From the NCBI GenBank assembly GCA_965112155.1, contig OZ218098.1: a stretch of 64,000 nucleotides of DNA; one strand, given 5' to 3'. Origin of the DNA: Podarcis liolepis (Eukaryota). Numbering within the stretch: position 1 is the first letter of the stretch; every line of letters starts with the position of its first letter. Under the pieces are notes generated by a model. It saw nothing but the letters and a program-made list of their open reading frames with translations, did no database searches and was not told the DNA's origin. Positions 62,992-64,000 of this stretch are shown here, one piece after another. A program made the position numbers and the translations under genes.

Positions 62992-63420
62992 TCCTATACG
63001 GATACAGGTTTTGTGTTGAAAAGCCATGTGTGGAGACACAACTTTTAGTGCTGAAGACCACAATATATATGTGGTGTGTGTACATACTTCTTGCACACTG
63101 CGGGCTAGGAACATTTTTCAGCCTACAGGACACATTCCTTCATGCACAATCTTCCAGGTGCCATGTGGTATAATAGCCTGCGTTTGAAGCATGCAGAAGT
63201 CAGAGGTTTACACACCCTTACCTGTTCATCCTCAAATCAGGGCAAGTAAGAGGCAATGTCATAGCTCAAGGACGCATTTCTTCCTGGCAAAAGCATTAAA
63301 GGAGAGCATGTAGCAGAACTTCTGAGTGGCATGACCTCAGGAGACACCCAAGGACCAGGTCAGCTTCCAAGTGCCAAATTCGGGTCCTACCTCTGAAGTG
63401 GCCTTCCTCTTTCCTATACA

Positions 63421-63951
63421 CAGGGCCGTCTTACCTATAGGTGCTAGGGGTGCCAGGCCGAGAATCTGGGGCCCAAGAGTCTGGGGAAGAGCCCACCCGT
63501 CTGTCAGAGCGCCGCGGTCAGCTCTTCTGCTGCAGGCGGCTCTCCACCCCAACCCCCCGCCCTCCTGCTCAGCGTCTGATGGCGGTCATCGCCGTCAAAG
63601 TCTTAAGGTGCCGCGGGACCAAAGTGAGTGGGCGCTCCGGGTCCCTGGACGTGCTTTCGCGAGCCGCCCACAGAGGCTTGCCACTTTCCTCCTTCCCTTT
63701 CTCTGCCTCCCAAATTTTAGGCGCTTTGCTGGAGACGGAGGGCAACATGGGAGCAGGGAGGGGAATGCAGGCGACAAAGAAATAGGCTCGGCCATTTTAT
63801 TTGATTTGTAAACCCCTCCCTGTCGCCAGCACCCGGCATCCGACTGAGCTCCAGCTGCAGCAGCTCCGTCCAGAAGGCGGGGTGGGGTGGGGGTGGGACC
63901 TGCCAGGCGAATTTTTGCACCCCAGTGCCACATATGCTTAAGACAGCCCTG
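63421..63951. mobile_element. Non-autonomous hAT element, GC-rich
   Basis: CAGGGCCGTCTTA...TAAGACAGCCCTG; TSD CCTATACA/TCTATACA. Confidence 0.82.
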
Positions 63952-64000
63952 TCTATACAAGAAGGATATGCTAGCAGGGGGACGGGACCTATTTCACACA

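Noticed and set aside
63337-63960. GC-rich stretch with several ORFs, resembling a CpG-island promoter
   Set aside because: Falls within a hAT element bounded by TIRs and an 8-bp TSD.

Overview
Vertebrate genomic DNA, not prokaryotic. The SINE/MITE repertoire (Sauria SINE, Squam3-like SINE, CR1, L2, RTE/BovB) points to a squamate, probably a lacertid lizard. The window holds the 5' half of FOXN3 (CHES1) on the + strand: a CpG-island promoter (~6.2-7.7 kb), a probable non-coding first exon ending at 7225, the first coding exon (12172-12728, ATG at 12186, most of the forkhead domain) and the next exon (50470-50606). Downstream exons lie outside the window. Nested antisense in the 37.7 kb intron is an uninterrupted 131-aa LYSET/TMEM251 ORF (21901-22296, -) with its own GC-rich upstream region, a CLEAR-like E-box and CpG-decay substitutions at conserved residues. 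The rest is intronic DNA dense in SINEs, LINE fragments and Tc1/mariner- and hAT-type MITEs. Main leads: (1) the nested LYSET copy; (2) two clusters plus scattered copies of RFX X-boxes in FOXN3 introns, suggesting an RFX-to-FOXN3 regulatory link; (3) a spliced uORF that ends in TAA directly against the FOXN3 start codon; (4) an RTE/BovB insertion with twin-priming-like geometry. All homology calls come from recall of sequences, not from searches.
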